Part shown: positions 1 to 12,580 of the stretch, one piece after another | Position numbering within the stretch: position 1 is the first letter of the stretch | How the letters are laid out: each line of letters opens with the position of its first letter | From: Azolla caroliniana | Taxonomy: Eukaryota; Plantae; Polypodiophyta | NCBI GenBank assembly: GCA_043228905.1 | Contig: JBHGNT010000007.1 | Location: 13,330,001-13,394,000, forward strand | Direction of reading: 5' to 3' | DNA: 64,000 nt | Position numbers and translations under genes: made by a program | The notes under the pieces: model-generated | What the model saw: the letters and a program-made list of their open reading frames with translations, nothing else | What the model was told of the DNA's origin: nothing | Database searches by the model: none

Positions 1-2565
1 TTTTGTTCGAGCAAGTATCCCACGAGGATACATTTCTCCAACTTTGGATCAAGCTTTTGCCGCGTATCGTCGGGAATGTGTACATAGGTGATTGAGCCGA
101 AAATGCAAACATGCGATAAGTTCGGCTTCTTCCCGAAAAACTTCTCATGCGGAGTTATGTCATGTACTCCTGAGGTTGTGCACTTGTTCATGAGGTATAC
201 GGCCATATTTGCCGCTTCTGCCCAGTATGATTTCGGCAAGTTCTTCTCATTCATCATAGCTCATGCGACTTCGACTATGTGCCTGTTTTTCCGCTCTGCT
301 ACGTCGTTTTGCTTAGGCGTATGTCGGCACGAGAACTCTCGTTGGATTCCTTCTTTTTGGAGATACTCCGTGAACTCATCCGAAAAGTATTCTTTTCCTC
401 CGCCTGATCGAAGGCAACGTACGTGACAGCTCGTAGCTTTTTCTACTTCAGGTTTGAACTTCTGGAAGTGTCTGAACACTTCGCTCTTTTGTCTCATCGG
501 GTAGATCTAGGTGTTCCTGGAGAAGTCGTCGATGAACGTGACATAATAACGGCATCCGCCAAAGGTAGCCATTTGGGATGGTCCCCACACATCTAAATGT
601 ATTACATCCAGGATCCCTTTGCTCACATTCCGCTCCTTAGAGAATGGGTGACGATGTTGCTTTCCGAATTGGCATGCTTCGCACACGCCCGTGATCTCCT
701 TTGTCGTAAAGTTCGGAAGTCCGATTACGACTCCTTTTGTCTGCATGTTCTGAAGCTTTTGGAGATTAATGTGGCCAATCCTCTTGTGCCACAATTTCAA
801 GTTAGTGTCGACTTTCTGGCCCTTTGCGTACATGGCCGACTTTACCTCGCTCGACTCGAGGATGAACATACGGCCTTCACGACGGCCGTAGGCTACGATT
901 CGATCACCTTTTTCGATAAAACAACCATCATTGTTGAATCGTACTTGCATTCCCTGTTCAACAATCTGACCTACTGAGATCAGGTTCTTCGTGATTGTTG
1001 GGACATGCAAGACGTTCTTGAGGTAAGTTTGGTCCCCGTTATTTCCGAATGGGACATTCCCGATATGCTGTATTGAATGAGTCGTGTCATCGCCAGTCTC
1101 GACATATCCGGGCTGATCGGGTTTATGCAGTTCTCGGAACCAATCTTCATGAGACACGGTGATATGGTTGGACGCACCCGAGTCAACAAACCATACACTG
1201 TTTGAGGCGGAGGCGCTAGTTGAAGCCTGTGCGGACATTGAGTGTGCTTTATGCCTCATTACGAACATTCCACCACGATCACCATAGTCAGAATTTGTTG
1301 CGTAGTTCGTGAGTTGTCAGCCTGCCTCACGTTTCTTCTTCCAGCACTCTTCTTCGTAGTGGTCGGGTTTTCCGCAGTACTCACACTCGACTGGGTTTCG
1401 GCGATTTCACGGTCCGGCGTTATGACTCTCCCTTCCGCCAAGTTCTTTGGGCCCGATCCTGCCCGCTTGCCACTAGTGGGAGTTACGCCCTTGATTCCGC
1501 CGATCATTATGGCCTTGTCCGAAACGACCTCTGTTTCCACGGCCAAAATCTCTTTTATTATCCGATTGGGAGTAGAGCAAATGACTATATGATGCATTGC
1601 TCCTTTGTCGGGTGTGATTCTCTTCTACTAGAAATACGATTGAAGGTTGAAGGAGGGAGGGTTCTCCCTTGCAAGAATGGCTGATCTAATCACGCTGAAA
1701 TGCAGTGCTAAGCTTCTGAGGCATATCTGCACCAGTTCGTCATCATCAATGACGACGTTGATCGATCCGAGAGTGTCACATAGCTCCTTGATCTTCAAGG
1801 TATAGCTTGAGATTGACATGTCCCTTTGTTGGATGCTATTTAGCTCCTGACAAAGCTGAAGCTTCCGTGCGGCCGTGTTGGCTGCGAAAATCTTTTTGAG
1901 ATTTTCCCATGCCTGCTTTGGCATTTTTGCCTCTTGAATGTAGCAAAGCATATGATCATGAACGCATGATGCTAGACAATACAACATACGGCTCACGGCC
2001 TGCTGCCAAGCGGGATAGTCGACGTGTGTTGGGTTGGGTTGCATTTTGTGAGCTCCTTCAATGTAGCTCAAGTAACCTTGTCCGACAAGGTATTGATGCA
2101 TCTTGTACTCCCAAGATGCAACGTTCGTTCTGTCGAGCTTCTCCGTAGGAAGAGCGCTTCCCATCTGAGAGTCCATGGTGATTTCTTCTTATGTTGATTA
2201 ACCGGTTCTGTTGATCATCGGCGTGCAACACAACACAATCGAATAGGTGTGATTAGACAACCACACACTTTGATACCATGTTAAGAAATAGAGTCTGTGG
2301 TGATTGCAATGCAGCGGAAGATGAGAGACTATGTGTGTGTGTGTGTGTAGCAAGAGAGAGCGAGAGTGTGTGTGTGTGCTTGAGACAGAGATAATTAAAC
2401 TGTATATTACATAAGACTTCCAACAGTAACTAAGTTACAATGAGTTGGTTTATATACCAACTAAGCTACGACAAGCGCCCTTTCTGCTATTTACAAAACT
2501 AGCTTGGTATGTCCACGGGCTAGTGTGAACCTATTCCTATGGGAAGTTGAGTTCGATTCTCAACA
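1..2565 (-). mobile_element. Ty1/copia LTR retrotransposon A (5' LTR, PBS, gag, PR, IN; runs off the window start), degenerate
   Basis: gag ORF 1628-2176; protease WFVDSGASNH and integrase HHCC/core (WHKRIGH...CEACQFGK...TFIDDFSR) at 507-1268 and 261-497; several stops and frameshifts. Confidence 0.93.
2279..2565 (-). repeat. 5' LTR of copia A, followed by tRNA-iMet PBS (2267-2278)
   Basis: Sense strand begins TGTTGAG and ends TAACA, followed directly by TGGTATCAAAG; contains TATA-like and (CA)/(CT) tracts. Confidence 0.8.
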
Positions 2566-2981
2566 TGGTCTTATTGGGAAACCTTACCAATTGAGCTACA
2601 TCCATTTGTGCATTATTGTATTGTGTAAGACTCAACTTATTTCATTATAGATTGATCACTAGAACTTTCAAGAACCTTCTAGAGAATGCATCTTCATCAC
2701 CCTCTAGAAGTCTTCTAGCTTTCATGCATACCTCCACATTCTTGTCTAAATACTAGGGTGCACCTTGATTTACAATCAAGGTGAACAACACCAATTACGA
2801 AAGCATATACAGTTCTTGTTTATTTGTCTATCCTCTCTCTTGCTTGTTCTCTTGTCTATGCTCTCTCTCCCGCTATCTCTTAATATTGAACCCCATCTAC
2901 TTGTCCTTGACAATCTTGTGATCTTGCTTATGCTCTCTAGGCCTCAACATGTCGGATCTTACCTAGAGAATAAATCACCTC

Positions 2982-3959
2982 ATGGAAGCCATGCATCAAC
3001 TTCAACTTGAGAATGACAACCTTTGGGAATCGTTACAGAAGCTTCAAGTTGGAACACCAATGGAACTCGAAGAAATAAACAACTCTCCTTCTACATCAAC
3101 AAATGTTCTACCTATAGAGCCTGGTTCCTCGTCTAGGTTTTCTCCGACTCCTTCCCATCCCACTACAAGTATGGAGCCTAATATTAGTTTACCTGACAAG
3201 TTCAATGGCACAAGGAATCAGTTCCGAAGGTTCATAAATCAGATCAAGCTTATTATCCAACTACAGGCTCAACGGTATGTGGATGATTTTCGTCAAGTTG
3301 GTCTCATTGGAACCCTTCTGTCCAGAGTTGCACAAGCTTGGTTTGCACCGTTGGTCGAAACTTTATCACCACTTCTACAAAATTTTCCTACTTTCCTGGC
3401 AAAGTTTGAGGCAACATTTGGGGATATGGACCAACGCCGAACTGCCATCACCAAACTCTATTCATTACATCAAGGTATGTGTCTGATATCCGTTGATGCC
3501 TCTGAATTTAGACAATTAGCATGTGATGTTCAGTGGGATGGCCAACCTCTCTGTGGCCATTTTTGTTGGGGCCTTCGAAGCGAGATTAAAAATTTACTAC
3601 TCAACTTTCCGGAGCCTACGTCATTGTCGCAAGCCATCACACAAGCAGTTAGTTGTGACAATCGGTTGTTTGAGCTTCATCAAGAGGAACGAACAACTTC
3701 AAGGTGGAAACCCTCTTTGAGATCTTCTCCATCGTCATCGTATGATGACCCCATGCCAATGGAAATTGATCGAGCTCGCACCCCGCCACTCATCGAGGGT
3801 GAACGGAGGTATCGCCGAACCAACAGACTATGTTTATATTGTGGTGCATCCACCCATCTCATTTGTTTTTGCCCAATCAAGAATAATCAACGACTAATAT
3901 CTACAAACAATATGACAAGACGACCCCAACAACGGGAAAACGACGGTGTCCAACTATAG
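2982..3959 (+). CDS. gag: Gag of the chromovirus-like element (intact 325 aa ORF)
   Basis: LPDKFNG..., PMPMEID and zinc knuckle CLYCGASTHLICFC. Confidence 0.88.
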   Translation: MEAMHQLQLENDNLWESLQKLQVGTPMELEEINNSPSTSTNVLPIEPGSSSRFSPTPSHPTTSMEPNISLPDKFNGTRNQFRRFINQIKLIIQLQAQRYVDDFRQVGLIGTLLSRVAQAWFAPLVETLSPLLQNFPTFLAKFEATFGDMDQRRTAITKLYSLHQGMCLISVDASEFRQLACDVQWDGQPLCGHFCWGLRSEIKNLLLNFPEPTSLSQAITQAVSCDNRLFELHQEERTTSRWKPSLRSSPSSSYDDPMPMEIDRARTPPLIEGERRYRRTNRLCLYCGASTHLICFCPIKNNQRLISTNNMTRRPQQRENDGVQL

Positions 3960-3980
3960 TAGGAGCCATGTGGTTGGACA
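3934..3980 (+). promoter_or_regulatory. Candidate -1 ribosomal frameshift signal at the gag/pol junction
   Basis: GGGAAAAC, then a ~12-bp stem TGTCCAACTATA/TGTGGTTGGACA; the PR ORF is in the -1 frame and open from the slip site. Confidence 0.7.
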
Positions 3981-5629
3981 ATCCGCATTCGTGTCACTCC
4001 CATAGTTCGACTACATCGATAGAAGATTTCTCCTTTCTTGTAAGCATCCATTTCAAGTTGATTTCAATTAGATCCTTAGCACTTCTAGATTCCGGGGCAA
4101 CAACGTGTTTTATGGACGAAAGGTTCGTTCGTAAACACAAATTCCCGGTTATCCGATTGTCCAAGCCAATCCCAGTGGAAGCTATCGATGGATGCATGCT
4201 TTCTTCACCTAAAGCCATTGTCCCACTTATCTTATAGCTCGGGGACCACCAGGAGGCCTTAACGTTTTATGTTATCACTTCACCGCAACATTCGGTCATC
4301 CTCGGTTTGTCTTGGTTGAAGGCATAGAATCCACTTGTTGATTAGTGCAATCACTCGATTACTTTCTCCCAAACCAGCTAGAAGGTGCAAGCAATATCTC
4401 ATGTTGTTGCAGGCACTCACCCTCCCATTAATTTAAGAATCAGCTCCAAGGCGGATGCTCACATCCCAAACACAACAAGGAAAATAGTGCATAGTGTCTC
4501 GTCGAGCAATCCAATGAGGACAACTACTAACTCACTACCGTCCAAGTATGAAGACTTCAAGGACGTATTTGAGAAAAAGAATTGATCACTTGCCTGAGCA
4601 TCGACGCTACGATTGTCCAATCGATCTGTAAGAAGGTGCCAGTCCTCCCTTTGGCCCAATTTATGGGTTGTTGGAATTGGAACTCGAGGCACTCCAAATG
4701 TATCTCGATGAGAACCTTGAAAAGTGTTTTATTCAACCCTCGAAATCACCAGCAGGAGCTCCTATTTTGTTTGTGAAAAAGAAAGATGGATCCTTACACC
4801 TCTGCGTCGACTATCGGGGTCTAAACAAGATTATTGTTCGCAACCGCTACCCACTGCCTCTCATCCCAGAGTTGTTGGATTGACTCTGGGCTGGGAAGAT
4901 CTTCTCTAAGATTGACCTACGGGGGGGTGCATACAATTTGGTATGGATCAAACCTTTAGAACATGCTACGAACATTTCGAGTATAAGGTAATGCCTTTCT
5001 TCCTCACTAATGCTCCTGTAGTATTTCAACATATGATGAATGACATATTCCAAGAATATCTAGATCACTTTGTTGTGATCTATCTAGATGATATCTTGGT
5101 CTTCTCTTCAAACATCAAGGAGCATACTCGACATGTCAGGTTAGTCCTCGCCAAACTTCGCGAGCACGGACTCTATGCTAAAAGTGAAAAATGTGAATTT
5201 GATCGTACTTCTATAGAGTTTCTTGGGTATGTCATTTCGACACAGGGAATCACAATGGACACACGGAAAGTCAAGACTATCCAAGAGTGGGCTGTCCCAA
5301 CTCAGGTACGAGATGTGCAATCATTCCTTGGTTTTGCCAATTTTTATCATCGCTTCATCAAAGGATTCTTAGTGATCGCACAACCTCTCATTGTTCTTAC
5401 CCGCAAGGATGCTACTTTCGAATGGACAATAGCTGCCCAAAAGGCGTTCAACTTGCTGAAACAAGCCTTTACCATGGCACCAGTCCTTTTACATCCTGAC
5501 CCAACTAAGCCTTTCCAAGTTGAAACAGATGCTTCCGATTTCGCCATTCCTCTCCCAACCAGATGAGGTCGGTGTGCTTCACCCGGTGGCTTACTACTCT
5601 CGTAAATTCACGGCCCTAGAAATCAACTA

Positions 5630-6594
5630 CTACATAAGCATCACTAGCCGAATCGTTTGCGTCCAATTTCCTCCGAGCAACTTCTGTCAGGATTGAGCTT
5701 GTGGCTTCAGAGTACTTCACGGAGGTAGTCGGTGCATTGCACACAGTTGTGACGAAAGTTTCCCACGAATGGGGCAGACTTCTTGTTAAAAGCATAACTT
5801 TTAGCGAGCATCCTCTATCGTTGTCCCCTGGGCCGTAATCTGGGAGTTTAGACTTTCGTACTCGTTCATGTGTGCTTGGACCGAGTCGGATTCTTTCACT
5901 CAAAGATTGTAGTGGCGCCAAATCAAATATATCTTTGTGGCAACGACCTTCTTTTCGTAAGTGTCTGAAAGTGTCTTCCATAGTTGGAAGGCAGTTGAAC
6001 ACGATTGCACTATGAAGTACACTAACTCCGACAAGTGCGTCCGAATAGTGGCACAAACGATTTTGTCTAGCTTTGTCCACTCCTAAAAACTCCTAGAACC
6101 TTAAATAGATAATCTACTAAGTATACATAACATGACCATATATTTGGATGTATTGGTTAGAACATAACACTTGACAATAATACAAGAGGTCAAGAGTTGA
6201 CATCTTGACATGTCAATGACACTAAAGATCTCCCACTTAAATACTAGGAACAAATCCTTTATAGTCAACATTCAAAATAGATTCTATGTATGTAACTACT
6301 AAGTTGGTTGACTAAACATCTAAACTTAATTGAGCTTGATATCTACACAATAATGATTTCCCTAGGTGTATTTATACTCATACACAGTATGGGCTATTTA
6401 CAAATATAGCCTCTAACTGGGTATGGCCGAATTGGCTTTTGGCTCTCAATCGGCCTTCATCCAATTCGGCTTTTTGTCAAACTGCATCTGATTCGGCTTC
6501 TTCTTTGGATCCGGTTGGATGCCTTCTAGTTGATTTGTCTCTCTGGATCTAGTCTCTTCACATACCCCATCTAGAGGGACCTGATCTCCCAACA
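5630..6594 (-). mobile_element. Copia fragment: probable LTR (~6080-6594) plus gag remnant
   Basis: LLTRSLPHSWETFVTTV (copia gag); sense strand starts TGTTGGGAGATC at 6594; no PBS visible. Confidence 0.6.
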
Positions 6595-7042
6595 CATTCC
6601 ACCTTGATCTTCCTCCACATATGCATCTACACCTTGTATTTCATGTCTCTTGACTCCTAGGTAGAGGAACCAAATTTTCGAGTTGGGGATCGTGTATGGC
6701 TATTGTGACATAATGTGAAGACCACTGGGCATTGTGATAAGTTGGATTATCGATGGCTTGGTCCATTTATCATCTATGATCAATCAATGATGTTGCATTC
6801 TGCTTTGATCTTCCTCTGCATATGCATCTAGACCCAATATTTCATTTCTCACAGTTGGAACCTTATATTTGTAGTTCCATTCCAAATCGAGTTGTTCCGG
6901 CCCCCACCTCCTATGCAACTTGTTGATGGCCTAGAATTGAAGTCAAAGTTGGTAACTGAATTTCATCTCCAATATCCAAATAACCTGAGTCCCCATTCAT
7001 GTATTACGACTCGTAGAACTCATCATCGAAGGAGGGGGATGA
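6595..7042 (+). pseudogene. Gypsy integrase C-terminus (GPY/F) with the chromodomain apparently deleted, then PPT
   Basis: Translates as EEPNFRVGDRVWLL*...KLDYRWLGPF; PPT GAAGGAGGGGGA at 7028-7039. Confidence 0.75.
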
Positions 7043-8449
7043 CGTCATGAGTAAACAAAATCTCACGAGCTTTGGGGTGACCCAAACCCATAACCTCCTA
7101 AAAAAGAGTGCTTAACTTTAGCCATTAAGCTATTCATGTTACACAAAAAATTTATAATTTATTTTATTCTATTTTTGATATTGTGACCCTATAAATATCC
7201 AAAGGGTGTCATCCAAGGTGCACATCTACTAACGAGTATATAAACAAAACATATTGTATTGTTAGAATAATTTCGGTTCAATGTCAATCTTTGGTGAATC
7301 TTATTGTTCACACTCTAGTATATTTTTGGTCGAATACAGGTGTATAATGGGCGTATTCACATTAGCCTTTGGATAGACTAGGTTTAGGACATTTATGTAA
7401 ATACTTCAAAGGGTACTTGCCCTAGCTCAGTTAGTATATTAGGTCTAGAACTAGAAGGTTCTAGAGGGTTCTAGAATATTCTCCAAAATATTCTAAGGCA
7501 TGTACTTCGACTCACGGTATTAAATACTTGTAACCTCCTTGGTCCTTGTCAAGGGATTCAATGCCAATCATTGACACATCAATCTAGTATTCTCATTTCA
7601 GGTCATTTTGTCTCCTTCTTCATCTCTGTCTTCATGCTCTCATGTTCTTCATTTCATATCGTTCGTAGCCTCGTCATTCATAGTCTCATGATTCGTGTTT
7701 CTTCTTAGTCTATGGTTGGTGTGTCCATGACAATTTGAATCCCTTCCAATGGGAAGCATCACCCATCTTCATCATTGCCCTTGCTTGTAGAGTTGCCATC
7801 GTCATTGTCCTTGCTTCTAGAGCTACCATCATCAACATCCTTGGTTTTAGAGATGCCGTCGTCACGATAGTCACAATCATTCCTTGTAGAGAAGCTTTCC
7901 TCATCCACATTCTCTTCATTGCCTTATCCTTGACATCATCATTTTTCAACACCTCTTATTGTCTTCATCAACGCTACTTTGCCCAACCTTTCCTCTTCAT
8001 CAACACTACTTTGCATGGTCTTTCATTATTATCATTGTTCCGCCCTTTTCATTGTCATTGTCATAATCTATCGTTATCATTTTGCAACATGATTTTGGCA
8101 AGGATTGATTTCGATCACTCACCTTCACAGATCTGGTGGGGGTTACAACCGCTCACTTTCTTGGTGGGGATCGAATCATTGCTCTCTTGTAGTCCATTTT
8201 CATTTCGGTTCAAGTTTCGCTCCACTCTCTTTTGATGAGGATCGATTTCGATCGCTCACCTTCTAGTTCCAGTGGGGGTCACAACTGCTCACTTTCCTGG
8301 TGAGGATTGCATCGGTTTCTCGCTACTGCTACTGTTGTGCCGTGTTTTGGGTCAACCTCGACTATTTACCCTCTCATGATAGAAGAAGTCGAATTGACTG
8401 CTTCACTTGCACTCCTCCGTTCATTGTTGGTACGTTCCTGGTGAGGACA
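7043..8449 (+). repeat. Probable 3' LTR (~1.4 kb) of a chromovirus-like gypsy
   Basis: Starts right after the PPT (CGTCATGAG), ends TGAGGACA abutting a truncated copia RNase H; internal ~85-bp direct repeat at 8103-8187 / 8237-8320. Confidence 0.55.
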
Positions 8450-11400
8450 CTTCACCGCTCAAGACACGCTCACGCACGAAGTGGTAGTGCACTTCTATGT
8501 GCTTTGTACAAGCATTGAATACGGGGTTCTTGGCGAGCTGCATGCTGCTTATGTTGTCGCAGTGGATTAGGATTGGGGTCGGTACCTCAATTCGTAGGTC
8601 TTGCAGCAGCCGCCGAAGCCAAATGGCTTCACAAGTGGCGACGGTAGCGCCCCAGTATTCAACCTCAGTTCTCGAAAGGGCCACTGTTGGCTGCTTTTTG
8701 CTACTCCACGCAACAACCGCGCTGCCAAGGGAAAACATATAGCTGGAGGTGGATTAGCGATCAGATGTATCACCAGCCCAGTCGGCATCGGTGTAGCCGA
8801 CTAGCTCTTCGGTTATACCATGCCGGTATAACAATCCCCGGTCCTTCATGCCGCTCACATATCACAAAATTCGATGCGCGCACAAAAGGTGCTCCACGGT
8901 CGACTTCTGCATATATTGGTTGATCACGCCGACCGGATAATTGATGTTGGGTCGGGTCATTGTCAAATATATAAGGCTTCCGACGATTTTTCGGAACTGC
9001 TTCTCATCGCAGGCTGGTCCGGAGTTGGGACGGAGATTCTGGTTTCGGTCCCGGGGTGTGGAGATCGGTTGGCATTCCGTCATGCCGAACTTGTACATCA
9101 TATTCAACACATAGTGTCTTTGTGAGATCAATATGCCGTCAGGGGTTTGGATCACCTCGATCCCAACGAAATAGTTAAGGTCCCCCATGTCCTTCATCTC
9201 AAATGCGTCCGACAACTAGGACTTGACTCGGCTGATTTCATCGAGTCCGGGTCCGCTAATGACTAGATCATCAACATACAACAAGATGCAAACCGGACCA
9301 TCTGGACCTTGCTAGATGAACAAGGAAGAGTCAGACTTGGAGGCCACAAACCCCATCTTATGCAATTGGTGCGTGATCTTCGCATTCCAAGCTCGGGGGG
9401 CTTGCTTCAGTCCATAAATTGACTTCTTCAGCCGGCATACCGCCGACTTGTTCATCTCTGACTGGAAACCGGGGGGTTGGGTCATAAAGACCTCTTCTTC
9501 AAGATCGCTTTGAAGAAATGCATTCTTCACGTCCATCTAGTGAAGATGCCACCCCCTTGCCGCAACAACAGCCAGCACCACACGAACCGTCGTCATCTTC
9601 GCTACTAGAGCGAAGGTCTCGTCGTAGTCGATTCCATGGGTCTTGAACCCTTCATCTTCTAACTGGACCGGTTTAGGCTCACTAGCCTCATCCTCCGGTA
9701 TCGGGTCGGGGTTGGAAGTCGGAGCCGGTAAGGAGTACCATGATGCTGATTCATCGAACTCGACATCTCCGCTTACTCGGACCTACTTCATCTTGGGGTT
9801 ATAACACTTATACCCCTTTTGCTCATGCGAGTAACTGACTAAGATGCATTTCTCCAACTTTGCATCCAACTTCCTCTGCTTTTCATCCGGCACATGCACA
9901 TATGCAATGCTACCGATATATCCGAAGGTGTCTCAAATTCGTCTTGCGCTTGAAATACAACTCATGCGCAGACACCTTGTCACCGATCCGGTTTTGAATG
10001 TAGATGGCCATCCGGACTACCTCAGCCCAGTAGAAATGGGGCATGCCCTTTTCCTCCAGCATTGCCCTTGCCGCGTCGACAATCGACCGGTTCTTCGTTT
10101 CGGCCACACCGTTTTGCTCCGGTGTGTATCTGCTGAACTCTCTCCGAATTCCTTTTTGCTGCAGATAATTGTTGAATTGGCCGAAAAAATATTCTTTTCC
10201 ACCATCCGACCGCAGGCACTTGATCTTCCTCTCTGTTTCCCGTTCAACCAGGCTTTGTAGGTTCCGGAAACACTCAAAGACCTCGCTCTTCCGCTCAATG
10301 AGGTAGATCCATGTGTGCCAACTGTAGTGGTCAATGAAGGAGACGAAGTATCGACTCCCGCCAAGACTAACGTTCTATGCCGGTCCCCATACATTCGAAT
10401 GAATAAGGTCGAGCTTGTGACGGCTACAGTTTTGTTTGGTGGGGAATGGAAGCCGGTGTTGCTTCCTGAGTTAGTAGGCTTCACATATTTGGACCTTTCG
10501 GCAAGTGAACTTCGACAAACTGAAAACAACTTGTTTCGTTTGCAGGTCTTGAAGCCTACGGTAATTGACGTGGCCGATCCGCTTGTGCCAAAGATCAATA
10601 TCCGATTCAATCTTCTGTCCTTTGGTGAACAAAGCCGTGCCAATGTCATTGGTGTTGAGGATGAACATCCTCGCATCTCTATGCCCTTGTGCAATAATCG
10701 GGCCCTCTTCCTCGATGAAGCACCCAAGGTGCGTAAACCGCACTTGCATCCCCTGGTCAACGATCTGACCGACTGACACCAGGTTCTTCGTGATCGTCGG
10801 AACGTGCAATACGTTCATCAGCTTCCCCCTCTGTCCGACGTGGGTCAAAGGGACTTCTTCAACATGCACGATTGGGTGAGGAGTGTCATCTCCAGTTTCA
10901 ACGACTCCCGGTTGTTCCGGTTTCTCCAAGAAAGAGAACCACTCTTTGTGGCTCGTCATGTGATTCGATGCACCGGAATCAACATACCACACTTTCTCCG
11001 ATTTGGAAGTGGTCTTCTTCATCGAGTTAGCCTCATGTTTCATCACCAAGACTGGCCCTTACTAGCTTTTCCGGTTTTGGATCCTCCCGATCCTTCTACG
11101 TAGTGCGAGTATTGCCGGTTCTATGTGAGGGCCTTGCCGGATCCAGATCTGTCTGAATCGGCGTGCTTCTTCCAACACTTGCTTTCTCTGTGGCCCTTTT
11201 TACCACATTACCAACATTCCGTGTCAGCCTTTGCTTGCCGGCCCCCAACGCTACCTTGACTCCCCCTGCTTGTGGAGGGTCCGGAACTACTGTCGGCACG
11301 TTCTCTGTGCCTTCGGTCCTGCTCTTGCCGGCCGCTACCATTGTGAACTGACCCACCTCGTCCACCATGCCCACGGGGCCGAACCGCCTCTGTGACATCA

Positions 11401-12145
11401 TCTGGTTGTCGGTGGGTGCACTTGTTGACGCACCTATGTGGTTCTCCTCTACAAGGAGCATCGACTGTAAGTCAAAAAATGACGACGTATTCTCCCTTAT
11501 GCGTATCGCTGTTTGGAACGCTCTGAACTTAGACGCTAGGCCCCCAAGATAGATCTGCACCATCTCATCTTCCTCTACAATGATGTTGATAAAGGCACGT
11601 GAATCACAAATCTCTTTGATTCGGGTCGTGTAATCGGCTACTGACATGTCCTTCTGTCAGTCATTGCTCAACTCCTATCAGAGTTGCAGCTTCCGGGCCA
11701 TAGTGCTCGCTAGGAAAACCTTCTTCAGGTTTCCCTAAGCTTCTTTTGGCGTCTTGGCATCTTGGACATGGCTCAGCAGGTGGTTTCCGACACTAGACGC
11801 AAAGCAGTACATCACTCTGCTTGCCGCTTGTTCCCACACTGGGAAGTCCTTGTGTGTTGCATTAGGTGCTGTGTCGTTAGCTCCGTCGACATAGCTCTAG
11901 TAACCATGCCCAAGCAGGTACTGGTACATCTTGTATGACCAAGATGCATAGTTGGATCTGTTGAGGTTCTCCACTGGGAGCAAGCTAGCCATTCCTCTAT
12001 CCATCACTTCTCTTTCTGTTCTTATTGGGTCTTAGGGTTTGTCTTCAGATGCCGATGTCGGCTGTAGAGGTTCTCAACCCTTGCGCTCTGATACCATGTA
12101 AAAACGAAGCTACGGAAGCGTTAGACAACCCGCTTAGACAGATAA
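8450..12145 (-). mobile_element. Copia element B (gag, PR, IN, RT, RH; internal deletion near 9640; 3' end cut off)
   Basis: WYVDSGASNH at 10471-11049; MDVKNAFLQ at 9312-9536; WSSKKQPTVALS at 8421-8738; PBS TGGTATCAGAGC at 12085-12096; LTR end at 12097-12145. Confidence 0.92.
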
Positions 12146-12580
12146 TGTGAAGAATAGTGTGCGGAAGCAATAGGAAATCGAACACAGAAAATACACAGGT
12201 TTAATGGAGAGCTTGTATATGCACAGTACGCGGAAGAGATAGAGAGAGAGAACACAAAAAGAAATTCGATTAAAAAATAATACTCAATCTGTACATAGGA
12301 TGTGCTCAGTGAGCACTTTTATACAAGTCCATACGGACTGATAGAAGTACTGACACGTACTTCAATGCTCATAATTGAGCTCTACGCTAACTCCCAAAAT
12401 ATATTCCTACACGGAATATCTTTCCAACGGCTTCGTGGTTTACGCACTACTACGACTTCTTGTTACGCACCGGTTTGCGTACTGGTTTATGCACCAGTCT
12501 GGCCTAACAGATCGGCCCCAACCGATCCGGTTCTCGACTTGCATAACCGATCCGGCCAATGTTGAGCTTGTATCTCAACA
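12146..12580 (-). repeat. 3' LTR of copia C
   Basis: TG..CA termini; direct repeat of 17401-17835 with about 25 substitutions counted by eye, nearly all transitions. Confidence 0.95.

Larger units (their letters stand above)
2566..5620 (+). mobile_element. Ty3/gypsy chromovirus-like (Tcn1/PEG10-like) element: partial 5' LTR (~2566-2912), gag, PR, RT, start of RNase H
   Basis: PR LLDSGAT at 3968-4237; [22 protein letters not shown] and YLDDILV at 4668-5566; RH VETDASDFA; PR-RT-RH order. Confidence 0.92.

Noticed and set aside
7710-8235. Hydrophobic 166-aa ORF as a host or env gene
   Set aside because: Low-complexity TCA/TTG-rich sequence inside a probable LTR, with no recognisable motif
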